Assembly: GCA_026002915.1 (NCBI GenBank)
Contig: BPGG01000001.1
Coordinates: 474,122 to 538,121, forward strand
Reading direction: 5' to 3'
Length of the DNA: 64,000 nt
Origin: Acidimicrobiales bacterium
Lineage (GTDB): Bacteria; Actinomycetota; Acidimicrobiia; Acidimicrobiales; BPGG01
Below are positions 55,434 through 63,875 of this stretch, piece by piece. Each line of letters begins with the position of its first letter. Position 1 is the stretch's first letter. The position numbers were made by a program, and so were the translations under genes. The notes under the pieces are model-generated. The model saw only the letters and a program-made list of their open reading frames with translations. It was not told the origin of the DNA and did no database searches.

Positions 55434-56619
55434 CCCGAAGGTGCTCATAGCAGTCCCCGAGCCGGCAGGTCGGGGAGGCACGGCCGACTGTCTGATGGAG
55501 GTGGTTCCCTCCCTTCGTGAGCGAGGGAGGGTAATGCCCGTCGTCGTCTCTCCTCCAGGATCACTGAGCCGCGCTCTGAGCGGTGCCGGTGTGGAGACGA
55601 TCCAGGTCGATCTCCCCCTCTGGTCCACCGCCCACGAACCGGCACGACCGCCCAGCCGAGGGCGACTCCTCCGTTCTCAGGTCGCCACCGCCCTCAGGGT
55701 CGGAGTTGCTGCGGCACGACTCGCGCGCGTCCTTGACGAGGTGAACCCCGACGTCACGATGAGCGTCACGGTGGTATCTCCCGCAATGGCCGTCGCGTCT
55801 CGAGTCTCCCGCATACCCCACATCTGGTGGATCCACGAGTTCGGCGCAGACGACCACGGGTTCCTGTTCTTCTACGGAGAGCGCTTCTCACGAAGATTCG
55901 TGGACCGCTTTTCGACGAGTCTCATCGCCAACTCCGAGGCGCTCCGCTCGGATCTGGCCGAAGACATCTCTCCAGGGAAGATAGCGGTCGTCGGGAACCC
56001 CGTGACGGCCACGAAGGGGCGGCCGGTAGATCCGCCGAGAGCGGGTGAGTCTCTCAGGATCGCACACCTCGGCGGATCCAACCCCGCCAAGGGGTTGGGT
56101 GACCTCATACGTGCAGCCGGTTCGGTGCGGGGAGATGTCCGACTCGAAGTCCACGCTTTCGGGCTCGGCAATCCCCGGCACGAACGGGAGCTACGAGAGC
56201 TCGTCGGTGAACTCGGGTTGGATGGGCGCGTCCACTTTCACGGCTGGACCGACGATCCCGTCGCTGCAGTTGACTCGGCCCACGTCGTAGCCGTCACCTC
56301 TCGCAGGGAAGCTTTCGGAAGAGTCACCCTGATGGCGCTGATGAGGGGCAGGCCGGTCGTCGGCTACGCGAGCGGAGCCACCCCCGAGCTCGTGGTCGAC
56401 GGAGTGTCGGGCCTGCTCGTTCCACCGGGCGATCTGCAGGCCTTGACAGGTGCGCTCGGCCGCCTCGCCGACGAGCCCGACCTGCTCGCCCGGCTGTCCC
56501 GGGGTGCACTGGCGAGCTCGCTGCATCGATTCTCCCTCTCCGAGGTCCTCGGATCCCTGGAAGAAGTGATCGTCCAAGCCCGGTCGGCCGACGGCACGGA
56601 GACGGGACCACACCCATGA
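55429..56619 (+). CDS. glycosyltransferase family 4
   Basis: KVLIAVPEPAGRGGTA N-terminus and SRREAFGRVTLMALMRGRPVVGYASGATPELVVDGVSGLLVPPGD. Start may be GTG 55441. Confidence 0.85.
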   Translation: MHPKVLIAVPEPAGRGGTADCLMEVVPSLRERGRVMPVVVSPPGSLSRALSGAGVETIQVDLPLWSTAHEPARPPSRGRLLRSQVATALRVGVAAARLARVLDEVNPDVTMSVTVVSPAMAVASRVSRIPHIWWIHEFGADDHGFLFFYGERFSRRFVDRFSTSLIANSEALRSDLAEDISPGKIAVVGNPVTATKGRPVDPPRAGESLRIAHLGGSNPAKGLGDLIRAAGSVRGDVRLEVHAFGLGNPRHERELRELVGELGLDGRVHFHGWTDDPVAAVDSAHVVAVTSRREAFGRVTLMALMRGRPVVGYASGATPELVVDGVSGLLVPPGDLQALTGALGRLADEPDLLARLSRGALASSLHRFSLSEVLGSLEEVIVQARSADGTETGPHP

Positions 56620-57497
56620 AGCCACCTGTGAAACTCGACTTCCTCGTGATCGGCGCGTACAAGTCGGGGACGACGAGCGTGCAGGCGTTCCTGCGTCAAC
56701 ATCCGGAAATCTTCGTCCCCCGCACCAAGGAGCCGAGTTTCTGGGCGGTCCCGCAGGACGGTCGTGGAACCGACAGGCCGATACCCGCGCACGCCGTGCG
56801 CGACCCGGACGAGTACGCGAGCCTGTTCTGCGAAGCCCCGGCGGGATCTCTGCGAGGAGAGGTGTCTCCCGAATACCTGCCCTCCGACGTCGCTCCCCCG
56901 GCGGTCGCCGCCGCCCTTCCGGGGGTGCGCCTCGTGGCCGTGTTGAGAGACCCCATAGACAGGGCCTGGTCGGACTGGGTGATGTACGCGCGTGAGGGGC
57001 GTGAACGGCTGGACTTCGAGGCCGCACTCGAAGAGCAGGACCGCCGTGCCGCCATGGGCGACCCGACCGGCTTCTACCTCAGCACCGGGATGTACGCCAC
57101 TCAACTCCGACGATGGCTCGAGCACTTCCCCCGCGAGCAGTTGGCGATCCTCTTTTTCGACGACCTCAGATCCGATCCCAGGAAGTTCTCGGCGACGCTG
57201 TTCCGGGAACTCGGGGTCTCCCCGCACGTCTCGGTAGACCTGAGACCCCGGAAACAGGGTGGACCACCGCCGAGCCGGTTCGCTTCTCTCGTGCTGCGCG
57301 CGCGCCGTCGGTCCGGCCGGCTCGCAGAACTGCTTCCCCGCCGAGTCAGGCGGGCGGTGCTTCGGCGCTTGGCGCCGACCGGTCGACCCACGGTCGCCCC
57401 ACGCCACGTGAGGCAACTGCTGGCGCCGGTGTTCCGTGAGGAGATCGAAGCGGTCGAGGAAATCGCGGGGAGAGACTTGAGCGAATGGAAACGGTGA
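56616..57497 (+). CDS. sulfotransferase (Sulfotransfer_1-like)
   Basis: ATGA overlap with the upstream GT4. Classical 5'-PSB FLVIGAYKSGTTSV, 3'-PB VAVLRDPIDRAWSDW, ILFFDDLRSDP. Confidence 0.85.
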   Translation: MKPPVKLDFLVIGAYKSGTTSVQAFLRQHPEIFVPRTKEPSFWAVPQDGRGTDRPIPAHAVRDPDEYASLFCEAPAGSLRGEVSPEYLPSDVAPPAVAAALPGVRLVAVLRDPIDRAWSDWVMYAREGRERLDFEAALEEQDRRAAMGDPTGFYLSTGMYATQLRRWLEHFPREQLAILFFDDLRSDPRKFSATLFRELGVSPHVSVDLRPRKQGGPPPSRFASLVLRARRRSGRLAELLPRRVRRAVLRRLAPTGRPTVAPRHVRQLLAPVFREEIEAVEEIAGRDLSEWKR

Positions 57498-58531
57498 CGG
57501 GCGACCGCCTGCGTACGGTACGTTCCGGGCTCTCTTCGAGCGCGCAACGCGTCACGGAATTGCTCGTCCGCCAGGCGCTTCGCCGCAACCCGAGGTGCGG
57601 GACCGACGCGAACGAGGACGACGCACACCGACTCTCCGTCGCTGCGGTGCTGGTCGCCTGGTCTCCCGCAGAGACCGTGAGGTGCGCGACCGCCCTACGT
57701 GAGACCCTGGAGACAACCGGCGCCCGCTGGAGGTTGGTGGTCGTGGCCCAACGTCCCATGGACCTGCCGCCGGAATTGGACGTCCTAGAAGGAGACAACA
57801 GCTTCCGGGAGTTCAGTGGATGGAAGGTCGGCCTCGACGCCATCGCCCGAGATGAGCGGCCCGACGTCGTCGTACTCGCAAACGACCGCTTCGGCAGTTA
57901 TCGCTACGACCATCTGCGATACATGGACGCTGCAGTCCTCCGGCTGATCGCAGAGACTGACGCACTCACCGGCGCGATCAACCACTATCCCCGCGAGGTG
58001 CACTCGCTCGGTCACGACCTCAGCGCCTGGGTGCGGACCAACCTCTTCGCCACGACCCCGAGCTGCCTCGAAAGAGTGGGCGGGCCCATACTTCCCGAAC
58101 TGCTGCAGTTGGACGCTCGCGTGCCGCGGGACTGGCCGGGAGGACTCGAACTTCCGCGAGAGGCGGGTGTTTCGGAGCTTCACCAGAGGTTGCTGCGCTC
58201 GTATCTCACCGGATCGGGCGAAGAACCGTTCAGGAGGCTCTGGCACCGTGCGAGACCTGCATCCGCTGACTGGTGGCCGGAGTTGCGCGCAAAGGTGCTG
58301 TGCGTATTGGCCGAGCAGCTCCTCTCCGCAAGGTGCAGGGAGGCGGGTTCACCCGTGATGGACTTCAGGACCGCACGGATACTCACGACGTTCTACCCGG
58401 AAGACGAGACCTTCCGCCGGACCGTCCTCCGACTCTCCTCACGCGACGCCACGGAAGCGGTGCGAGTCCTCTCGGCCAGGGGTCAACTGGCCCTGGCGTT
58501 GCGTGCGCTCCTCCCAGAAGGTCTGAGATGA
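57485..58531 (+). CDS. uncharacterised protein (no recognised domain)
   Basis: 348-aa ORF overlapping the upstream stop by 13 nt, and the downstream start as ATGA. Codon usage is consistent with neighbours. VVVLANDRF could be a degenerate GT-A DxD region. Confidence 0.5.
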   Translation: METVTGDRLRTVRSGLSSSAQRVTELLVRQALRRNPRCGTDANEDDAHRLSVAAVLVAWSPAETVRCATALRETLETTGARWRLVVVAQRPMDLPPELDVLEGDNSFREFSGWKVGLDAIARDERPDVVVLANDRFGSYRYDHLRYMDAAVLRLIAETDALTGAINHYPREVHSLGHDLSAWVRTNLFATTPSCLERVGGPILPELLQLDARVPRDWPGGLELPREAGVSELHQRLLRSYLTGSGEEPFRRLWHRARPASADWWPELRAKVLCVLAEQLLSARCREAGSPVMDFRTARILTTFYPEDETFRRTVLRLSSRDATEAVRVLSARGQLALALRALLPEGLR

Positions 58532-60072
58532 CCAGGCTGCTCCCCGCAGACCACGCTTCCAGACGCCGGCTCGCGTTCGTCGTCGTCCTCTTCGCCGCCA
58601 GTAGGGTCGTCTACTTTGCCGCAGGTCTCAGGTTCGACACGGCCGGACTCGACTACAGCTCACAGCTGGCCGACCCCGAGTGGCTGAGGGAGGATCCGCT
58701 CGGCACGGTCTGGCACATGCACTCCCAACCCCCGCTGTTCAACCTGGTGGTCGGCTCCGTGCTGAGATGGTCTCCGCTGCCGGACGACGTCTCGCTCCAG
58801 ATCGTTTACCTCGTTTCGGGGGCGATGCTCGCCGTCGGATCGTTTTGCCTCGCACGAGAGTTCGGCTTGTCTCCCGCCGCGTCGACCGGCGTCTCGGCGT
58901 TGGTCTCCTGCAACCCGACGTCCGCCCTCTATGAGACCTGGGTCGCCTACGAGCAGCCCGTGGCCGTGATGCTCGTGTGGACGGCGCTGTTCGGAGCGAA
59001 GTGGCTCCGTTCTGGGAAGACCTCCTCGCTCTTCGGACTGTCCCTCACCGGCGCGGCGGCGACGCTCACCCGGTCGATGATGCACCCGGTCTGGCTCGTC
59101 GCGGTCCTCGTCCTCGCAGTGTCGATCAGACGCCCTAGGACACCCCGCAGTTGGGCGGCCGCCGTGGCACCACTGCTCGTGGTGGCGGTCTTCCTCGTCA
59201 AGAACGTCGTGCTGTTCTCCGTCCCGTCGCTCAGCTCGTGGTTCGGATTCAACCTCTACAAGGTGGCCGTGGCCCCCCTGCGCGAGCAGGCCCGGCAGCA
59301 ACTGCAGGCCGCCGGCGTGGTCGAGGACCGGCCCGCCCCGCTCGAATGCACACTCGAGCATCCGAACGTCCCCGTTCTCTCCTCGGCCTACAAGACGGGC
59401 TGGCGGGCATCCGAGGAGATCCGCAACTGGAACCACGAATGCCTGCTGCCTTGGTTCGAGGCGCTCGAACGCGAGTCGGTCGAAGTCATACGCAGGAAGC
59501 CGTTCGAGTTCGTCCGCGCCGTCGTCGGCAGTTTCGAGATATGGGCGGGGCCGGCCACCTACTACCCGGGCGTCGCCCGTAACCGATCCACGATCGACCG
59601 ACTCGAGACGCTCTGGACACGAGTCGCCATGGTGGGTCTCCCCTGGAAGCCGCCTCTCGAGGTTCCCGGCGCGTGGGGTGTCGCCGTATCGGCGCCCCGT
59701 TGGGGTCTGTATCTGAGCTTGACGATCGTGTGCGCCACGGCCGTGGTCGTCGGAGCCGGCGCGGGCGCGCTCGTCCGACTCCTGAGAGGTTGCGCCGGAT
59801 CGCGCTCCCGTTCCCTACTGGTCGGAGCCTTCACGGTCGCTTACGTCACTCTCGCGGCGAACCTCTTCGAGCACGGCGAGAACAACAGGATCCGCTACGT
59901 CGCGGAGCCCCTGACGCTCACGATCGCCGCCTCGATCTGCCTGCTACTGGTGGCGTTCCGACGACCCGAGTGGGGACTGGCCGAGAGGAACCCTGACGCC
60001 CAACCGACCGGTGAGGCCGTCGACCAACCCCCTGAACCACAGCGCCGTCGCCGCTCGGGCATCGGCGCCTGA
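58528..60072 (+). CDS. polytopic membrane protein, possibly a GT-C-type glycosyltransferase or polymerase
   Basis: From ATG 58528: about 10 TM segments with a roughly 130-aa hydrophilic loop and a Pro/Arg-rich tail. Function inferred only from topology and context. Confidence 0.5.
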   Translation: MTRLLPADHASRRRLAFVVVLFAASRVVYFAAGLRFDTAGLDYSSQLADPEWLREDPLGTVWHMHSQPPLFNLVVGSVLRWSPLPDDVSLQIVYLVSGAMLAVGSFCLAREFGLSPAASTGVSALVSCNPTSALYETWVAYEQPVAVMLVWTALFGAKWLRSGKTSSLFGLSLTGAAATLTRSMMHPVWLVAVLVLAVSIRRPRTPRSWAAAVAPLLVVAVFLVKNVVLFSVPSLSSWFGFNLYKVAVAPLREQARQQLQAAGVVEDRPAPLECTLEHPNVPVLSSAYKTGWRASEEIRNWNHECLLPWFEALERESVEVIRRKPFEFVRAVVGSFEIWAGPATYYPGVARNRSTIDRLETLWTRVAMVGLPWKPPLEVPGAWGVAVSAPRWGLYLSLTIVCATAVVVGAGAGALVRLLRGCAGSRSRSLLVGAFTVAYVTLAANLFEHGENNRIRYVAEPLTLTIAASICLLLVAFRRPEWGLAERNPDAQPTGEAVDQPPEPQRRRRSGIGA

Positions 60073-60795
60073 ACGGATGGCTCTCCACGCGAGCTTCGTG
60101 AGACTGCGAGCCATCCGGCGGAATCGCCGATACGGACGCCGCTGGATCCACAACCGGAAGTACACGGTGTTGCGCGTCTCGTAATAGAGCTTCCAGAGCG
60201 CCCGACCGTCTCGCTCTCCGCCCCTGTGATGGTCGACGTGGGCGTTCGGCACGAGGAGTTCTCCGAACCCGGTGTTCCTCACCCTCCACTGGAGATACTC
60301 CGTGTCTTCGGCCCACCAGACGAGCTCGCGCATCGGCAATCCGGCTCGTTCGACCACTACCCGCCTGAGCAGCACGCCACACCACGCGGGTCTGAACACC
60401 CCCGGACCGCCGGGTGGCTCGTGCCAGAGCGGATACGCGACTCCCGTCTCCGGACCGCCCTCGTCCAGTGCGCGCTTGAGTTGCTCGAGGGCGTCCGGTC
60501 GCGGTTCGCAGTCGTCGTCCATGAGCCACAGGAGGTCGGGACCTTCTGCCAGCACCCTTCGAAGACCCTCCGCCCAACCTCCCGCCGGGCCTTCGTTCGT
60601 CCCCAGACGCAGCACCCGGACGGGACCGGGCAGCTCGTCGGGGTCCACCGGAGTCGAGCTGGCGTTGTCCACCACCAACGTCCAGTCGGGCCTGAGGCTC
60701 TGCCCCGCGATCGACGCCACACATCGCCGAAGGCTCCGAGGAGCGTCGTGCGTGAGCACGACGGCCACGATCGACGCTCCGGCCGGGCTGGTCAA
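59944..60795 (-). CDS. glycosyltransferase family 2
   Basis: SIVAVVLTHDAPRSLRRCVASIAGQS, VVDNASS, the DxD box LWLMDDDCEP, WAEDTEY. TTG start overlaps the tetR stop (TTGA). Confidence 0.85.
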   Translation of the reverse strand: MTSPAGASIVAVVLTHDAPRSLRRCVASIAGQSLRPDWTLVVDNASSTPVDPDELPGPVRVLRLGTNEGPAGGWAEGLRRVLAEGPDLLWLMDDDCEPRPDALEQLKRALDEGGPETGVAYPLWHEPPGGPGVFRPAWCGVLLRRVVVERAGLPMRELVWWAEDTEYLQWRVRNTGFGELLVPNAHVDHHRGGERDGRALWKLYYETRNTVYFRLWIQRRPYRRFRRMARSLTKLAWRAIRSGADARAATALWFRGLVDGLTGRLGVRVPLGQSPLGSSERHQ

Positions 60796-61490
60796 CGCTC
60801 GCGTCTCGGTCGGCTCGTGTTCGCGACGGTCCGCCCGTCCTCGGTGGGGCGACCGCCTCCGACCCGGTTCTCGCCACCGCGCCTGCCACCGTCACGAACC
60901 CGTGCCGGCTCGACCTCGAACACGGCGGGGAGCACGAACCTCTCGATGTCCTCTGCGATCACCTCGAGCCCCGGTCCTCGGGCTGACGGGACGGTGAGGA
61001 AGGAGAAGACCTGCCGCAGAAGCCAGTCGAGCACATGCTCGGGAGAGGACCGGAGGCCCCTCTCGTCTGCCATTCGACGGATGTGCGGCAGCAAGAAGGC
61101 CCTCACCGATCCCAGGAAGCGGTCGTCCGGGTCGATCGACGGCCAGCTCGCGGCGAGGTTCATCTCGTCGAGGATACGAACCATCCAGGGAGAAGAACGC
61201 ACTCGCTCGACGACTAGCATCATCGCCTCGGCGAGGCGCCTCTCGGGGGGGATCTCCGCGCCGAGAACTCGATCGAGCTCCGCCCGAAGCTCTTCGGAGT
61301 CGGCGAGCACGACCGCCGTCACCAGCGCCTCCTTCCCCGGAAAGTGCCGCCAGAGCGTCATCCTCGTCACACCCGCCCGCGCCGCTATCTCCTCGAGGGA
61401 CACTCCGAGGCCCGACTCGGCGAAGCATTCACGTGCCGCGGCGAGTATCGCAGACCGGGTTCGCCTGCCCCGACGGTTCGTCGCCACCAT
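60792..61490 (-). CDS. TetR/AcrR family transcriptional regulator
   Basis: HTH region RSAILAAARECFAESGLGVSLEEIAARAGVTRMTLWRHFPGKEAL. Start at the internal Met 61490, 26 nt after the upstream stop. Confidence 0.85.
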   Translation of the reverse strand: MVATNRRGRRTRSAILAAARECFAESGLGVSLEEIAARAGVTRMTLWRHFPGKEALVTAVVLADSEELRAELDRVLGAEIPPERRLAEAMMLVVERVRSSPWMVRILDEMNLAASWPSIDPDDRFLGSVRAFLLPHIRRMADERGLRSSPEHVLDWLLRQVFSFLTVPSARGPGLEVIAEDIERFVLPAVFEVEPARVRDGGRRGGENRVGGGRPTEDGRTVANTSRPRRER

Positions 61491-61516
61491 CGACCTCGGC
61501 GACTCCGGACCGGGGG

Positions 61517-63841
61517 TCAGTCTGCGGTGCGATTCGCCACGGCCACGTAGGGTCTGCAGATCTGACCCCGCAGCGACGGACACGGGGGCGGCTCGTCGGG
61601 AACGTCTATCCGACCGAGGCGCATCAGCACGATGTTCGAGGGCTTCACGCCCCCCACTTTCACCACGTGCCTCACACCCGCGTAGCTGGGGTTGCGGAAC
61701 GTCCAGAGGGGTGTGTTCCCACCAGGCGTGTCGATGGTGAGGCGCAGGCGGGAGCCCTTCCTGAAACCGTGGACGAACGGATAGATCGGCACCTTGACGA
61801 CGATCTCCTCACCGGGTTCCAAGTCAGTGAAGTCTTCCCGCCGGAATGTGTACTCCACTCGGAATTCGTCGGAGAGCTTGCGGTCCACACCCTCGTAGTG
61901 ACCCAGCCGCAGCCATCCGGACTGGACACGGAACTCCGTGCCGTCGGCCGTCACTTCCGAGAGGTTCACCTCCACGTTCGCGTCCGCCGCTCCCGGAGCG
62001 ATCCTCAGCTCGACGTACCCGGGCGCCGCCAGCACGACGTCCTCGCCGAACGGCTCCGTGAGGAAAGACAACGTCTTTCCCTCTTCCGACTGCTTCCAGT
62101 CGAACTGGACGACCGGCTTGATGAAGTCGTACGCGTTCGCCGCGGTGGTCGTACGACCCCCCTCCAACAGGTCGTGTTCGAAGACGAGCTCGGCTTCGCT
62201 ACCGGCAGCATCCTCGGACAGGGAACCGTCGGCCGTCAGGTAGCGCGTCCACTTCTCGACATCCGGTGGAGGCCAGCGGTCGAAGGTGGCCTCATAGCGG
62301 GCCACGTGCCATCCGGGTCGTGAGCCGGCACCGGACTCGAAGAGGATCCTCACTTCCGGCTCTGCCTCGTACGCCTTCTTCACCTCCTCATAACTGTCGA
62401 GACCCGCGAACCTGTCGGGTTCGAAGCCGAGCCTGGCACCGAACTCCTGCTCGAACGCCGCAGGGGCTGCGGCCCGCACGATCTCCGGCATCGTCGGCCG
62501 CCTTCGGGCCACGTACAGCTCGAGGAACTCCCACCAGCGAGTCGCGACCAGCGGGCTGAGTCCGTCGGGGTGGTGCCCGTTGAACAGGGTGAAACGCCGC
62601 ACCGGTGCGTTGACGAAGTCGTCCAGCATGTAGGCGAAACGGGAACCGGTCTGCTCGTCTTGCCAGGCTCCTGTGAGGAAGACCGGGACCTCGATGTCTC
62701 GAACGAGGAGCTCGAGCCTGCGTGCGTCTGCGTCGGGCGGATAGAACTCGAGCGCTCGGGCGAATTCTTCGAACTCGAGGTTCTGGTTACGCAGACGCTG
62801 GTTTCGCTCGCAGACCTCGTCGCCCTGCTCGATCCGCTCCGTGGTCCAGTTGCTCCCTCCCACGGCGTTCTGGCGGTCGCGCTCGGCGAGCCACTGCTTG
62901 GTGAAGCCGTCGTTGTAGATACCCCCCGGCCACTGTTGACGCCACGGGTCGTCGATCACCGACTGCGGAGCTATCGCCGCCAGGCTCGGGGGTTTGGTGC
63001 TGGCTACATAAAGCTGGCTTATTCCCGGGTACGAGAGACCCACCATCCCGACCTTGTTGTGCAGCACCCACGGCTGCCGTGCGACGGTCTCGATCACGTC
63101 GTATCCGTCGGTGTGCTGAGCGGGATTGAAGATGTCGAACACGCCGCCCGAACAACCCGTCCCCCGCATATTCACACCGACCACTGCGTATCCGAGCAGG
63201 TTCGCGAGCAACCCCGCCTCGCCGGGCCGCTCGGACGGCTTGGACGGGCTGTACCCCGAGTACTGCACCACCGTCGGATAAGGCGGGTCGCCCCACAGGG
63301 TCTTGTCCGGCAGCCAGATGTGTGCAGAGAGGAGAGTCCCGTCACGAACCTCGATGTACGTGTAACAGCGTCTCTCGCGTTCGAAGTCCGGACAGTCCTT
63401 CGTGAGGTCACGGCCGTCGTAGAAGGAGCCGTCGGGGTGATCTTCCCTTGACATCACCTCCACTTCGGCTGTGACCGCGCCGGTTCGCTCAGAGCGCACC
63501 CTGTAGCGCCCGGGGTCCAGTGTCCTCCCCTCCGTCGTGGGGAGCTTCGCGCCGGGACCGGTTTGTACGACCAGGTACTCGTCGGGCACGTAGGCGAAGT
63601 GGGCCTGACCGAGGTCGTCGGCCAGTTCGGTGATGAGCGGCTTCCCCTCGGCGTCGAGCAGAGTCAGAGGCTCCCCGGGTTCCGCATCCACGACCGTGAG
63701 CGTCTCGACGCCCGCGAGCACCCGAAAGTCGACCTTCGCCGACTCGCCCCGCCGATCTTGCGAACGTTCACCGTTGGTGCAGGCCCCAGCGAGAACGGCA
63801 AGGGCGACGAGGAGTCTCGAGATTCTGGACCGTGTAGACAC
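61517..63841 (-). CDS. CocE/NonD family hydrolase (X-Pro dipeptidyl-peptidase S15-like), lipoprotein signal
   Basis: N-terminal LLVALAVLAGAC lipobox, YAVVGVNMRGTGCSGG, nucleophile elbow VGLSYPGISQ, and a large C-terminal beta domain. Confidence 0.8.
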   Translation of the reverse strand: MSTRSRISRLLVALAVLAGACTNGERSQDRRGESAKVDFRVLAGVETLTVVDAEPGEPLTLLDAEGKPLITELADDLGQAHFAYVPDEYLVVQTGPGAKLPTTEGRTLDPGRYRVRSERTGAVTAEVEVMSREDHPDGSFYDGRDLTKDCPDFERERRCYTYIEVRDGTLLSAHIWLPDKTLWGDPPYPTVVQYSGYSPSKPSERPGEAGLLANLLGYAVVGVNMRGTGCSGGVFDIFNPAQHTDGYDVIETVARQPWVLHNKVGMVGLSYPGISQLYVASTKPPSLAAIAPQSVIDDPWRQQWPGGIYNDGFTKQWLAERDRQNAVGGSNWTTERIEQGDEVCERNQRLRNQNLEFEEFARALEFYPPDADARRLELLVRDIEVPVFLTGAWQDEQTGSRFAYMLDDFVNAPVRRFTLFNGHHPDGLSPLVATRWWEFLELYVARRRPTMPEIVRAAAPAAFEQEFGARLGFEPDRFAGLDSYEEVKKAYEAEPEVRILFESGAGSRPGWHVARYEATFDRWPPPDVEKWTRYLTADGSLSEDAAGSEAELVFEHDLLEGGRTTTAANAYDFIKPVVQFDWKQSEEGKTLSFLTEPFGEDVVLAAPGYVELRIAPGAADANVEVNLSEVTADGTEFRVQSGWLRLGHYEGVDRKLSDEFRVEYTFRREDFTDLEPGEEIVVKVPIYPFVHGFRKGSRLRLTIDTPGGNTPLWTFRNPSYAGVRHVVKVGGVKPSNIVLMRLGRIDVPDEPPPCPSLRGQICRPYVAVANRTAD

Positions 63842-63875
63842 GATTCGTTATGCTAGCCGCATTCGTGTAACGAAA

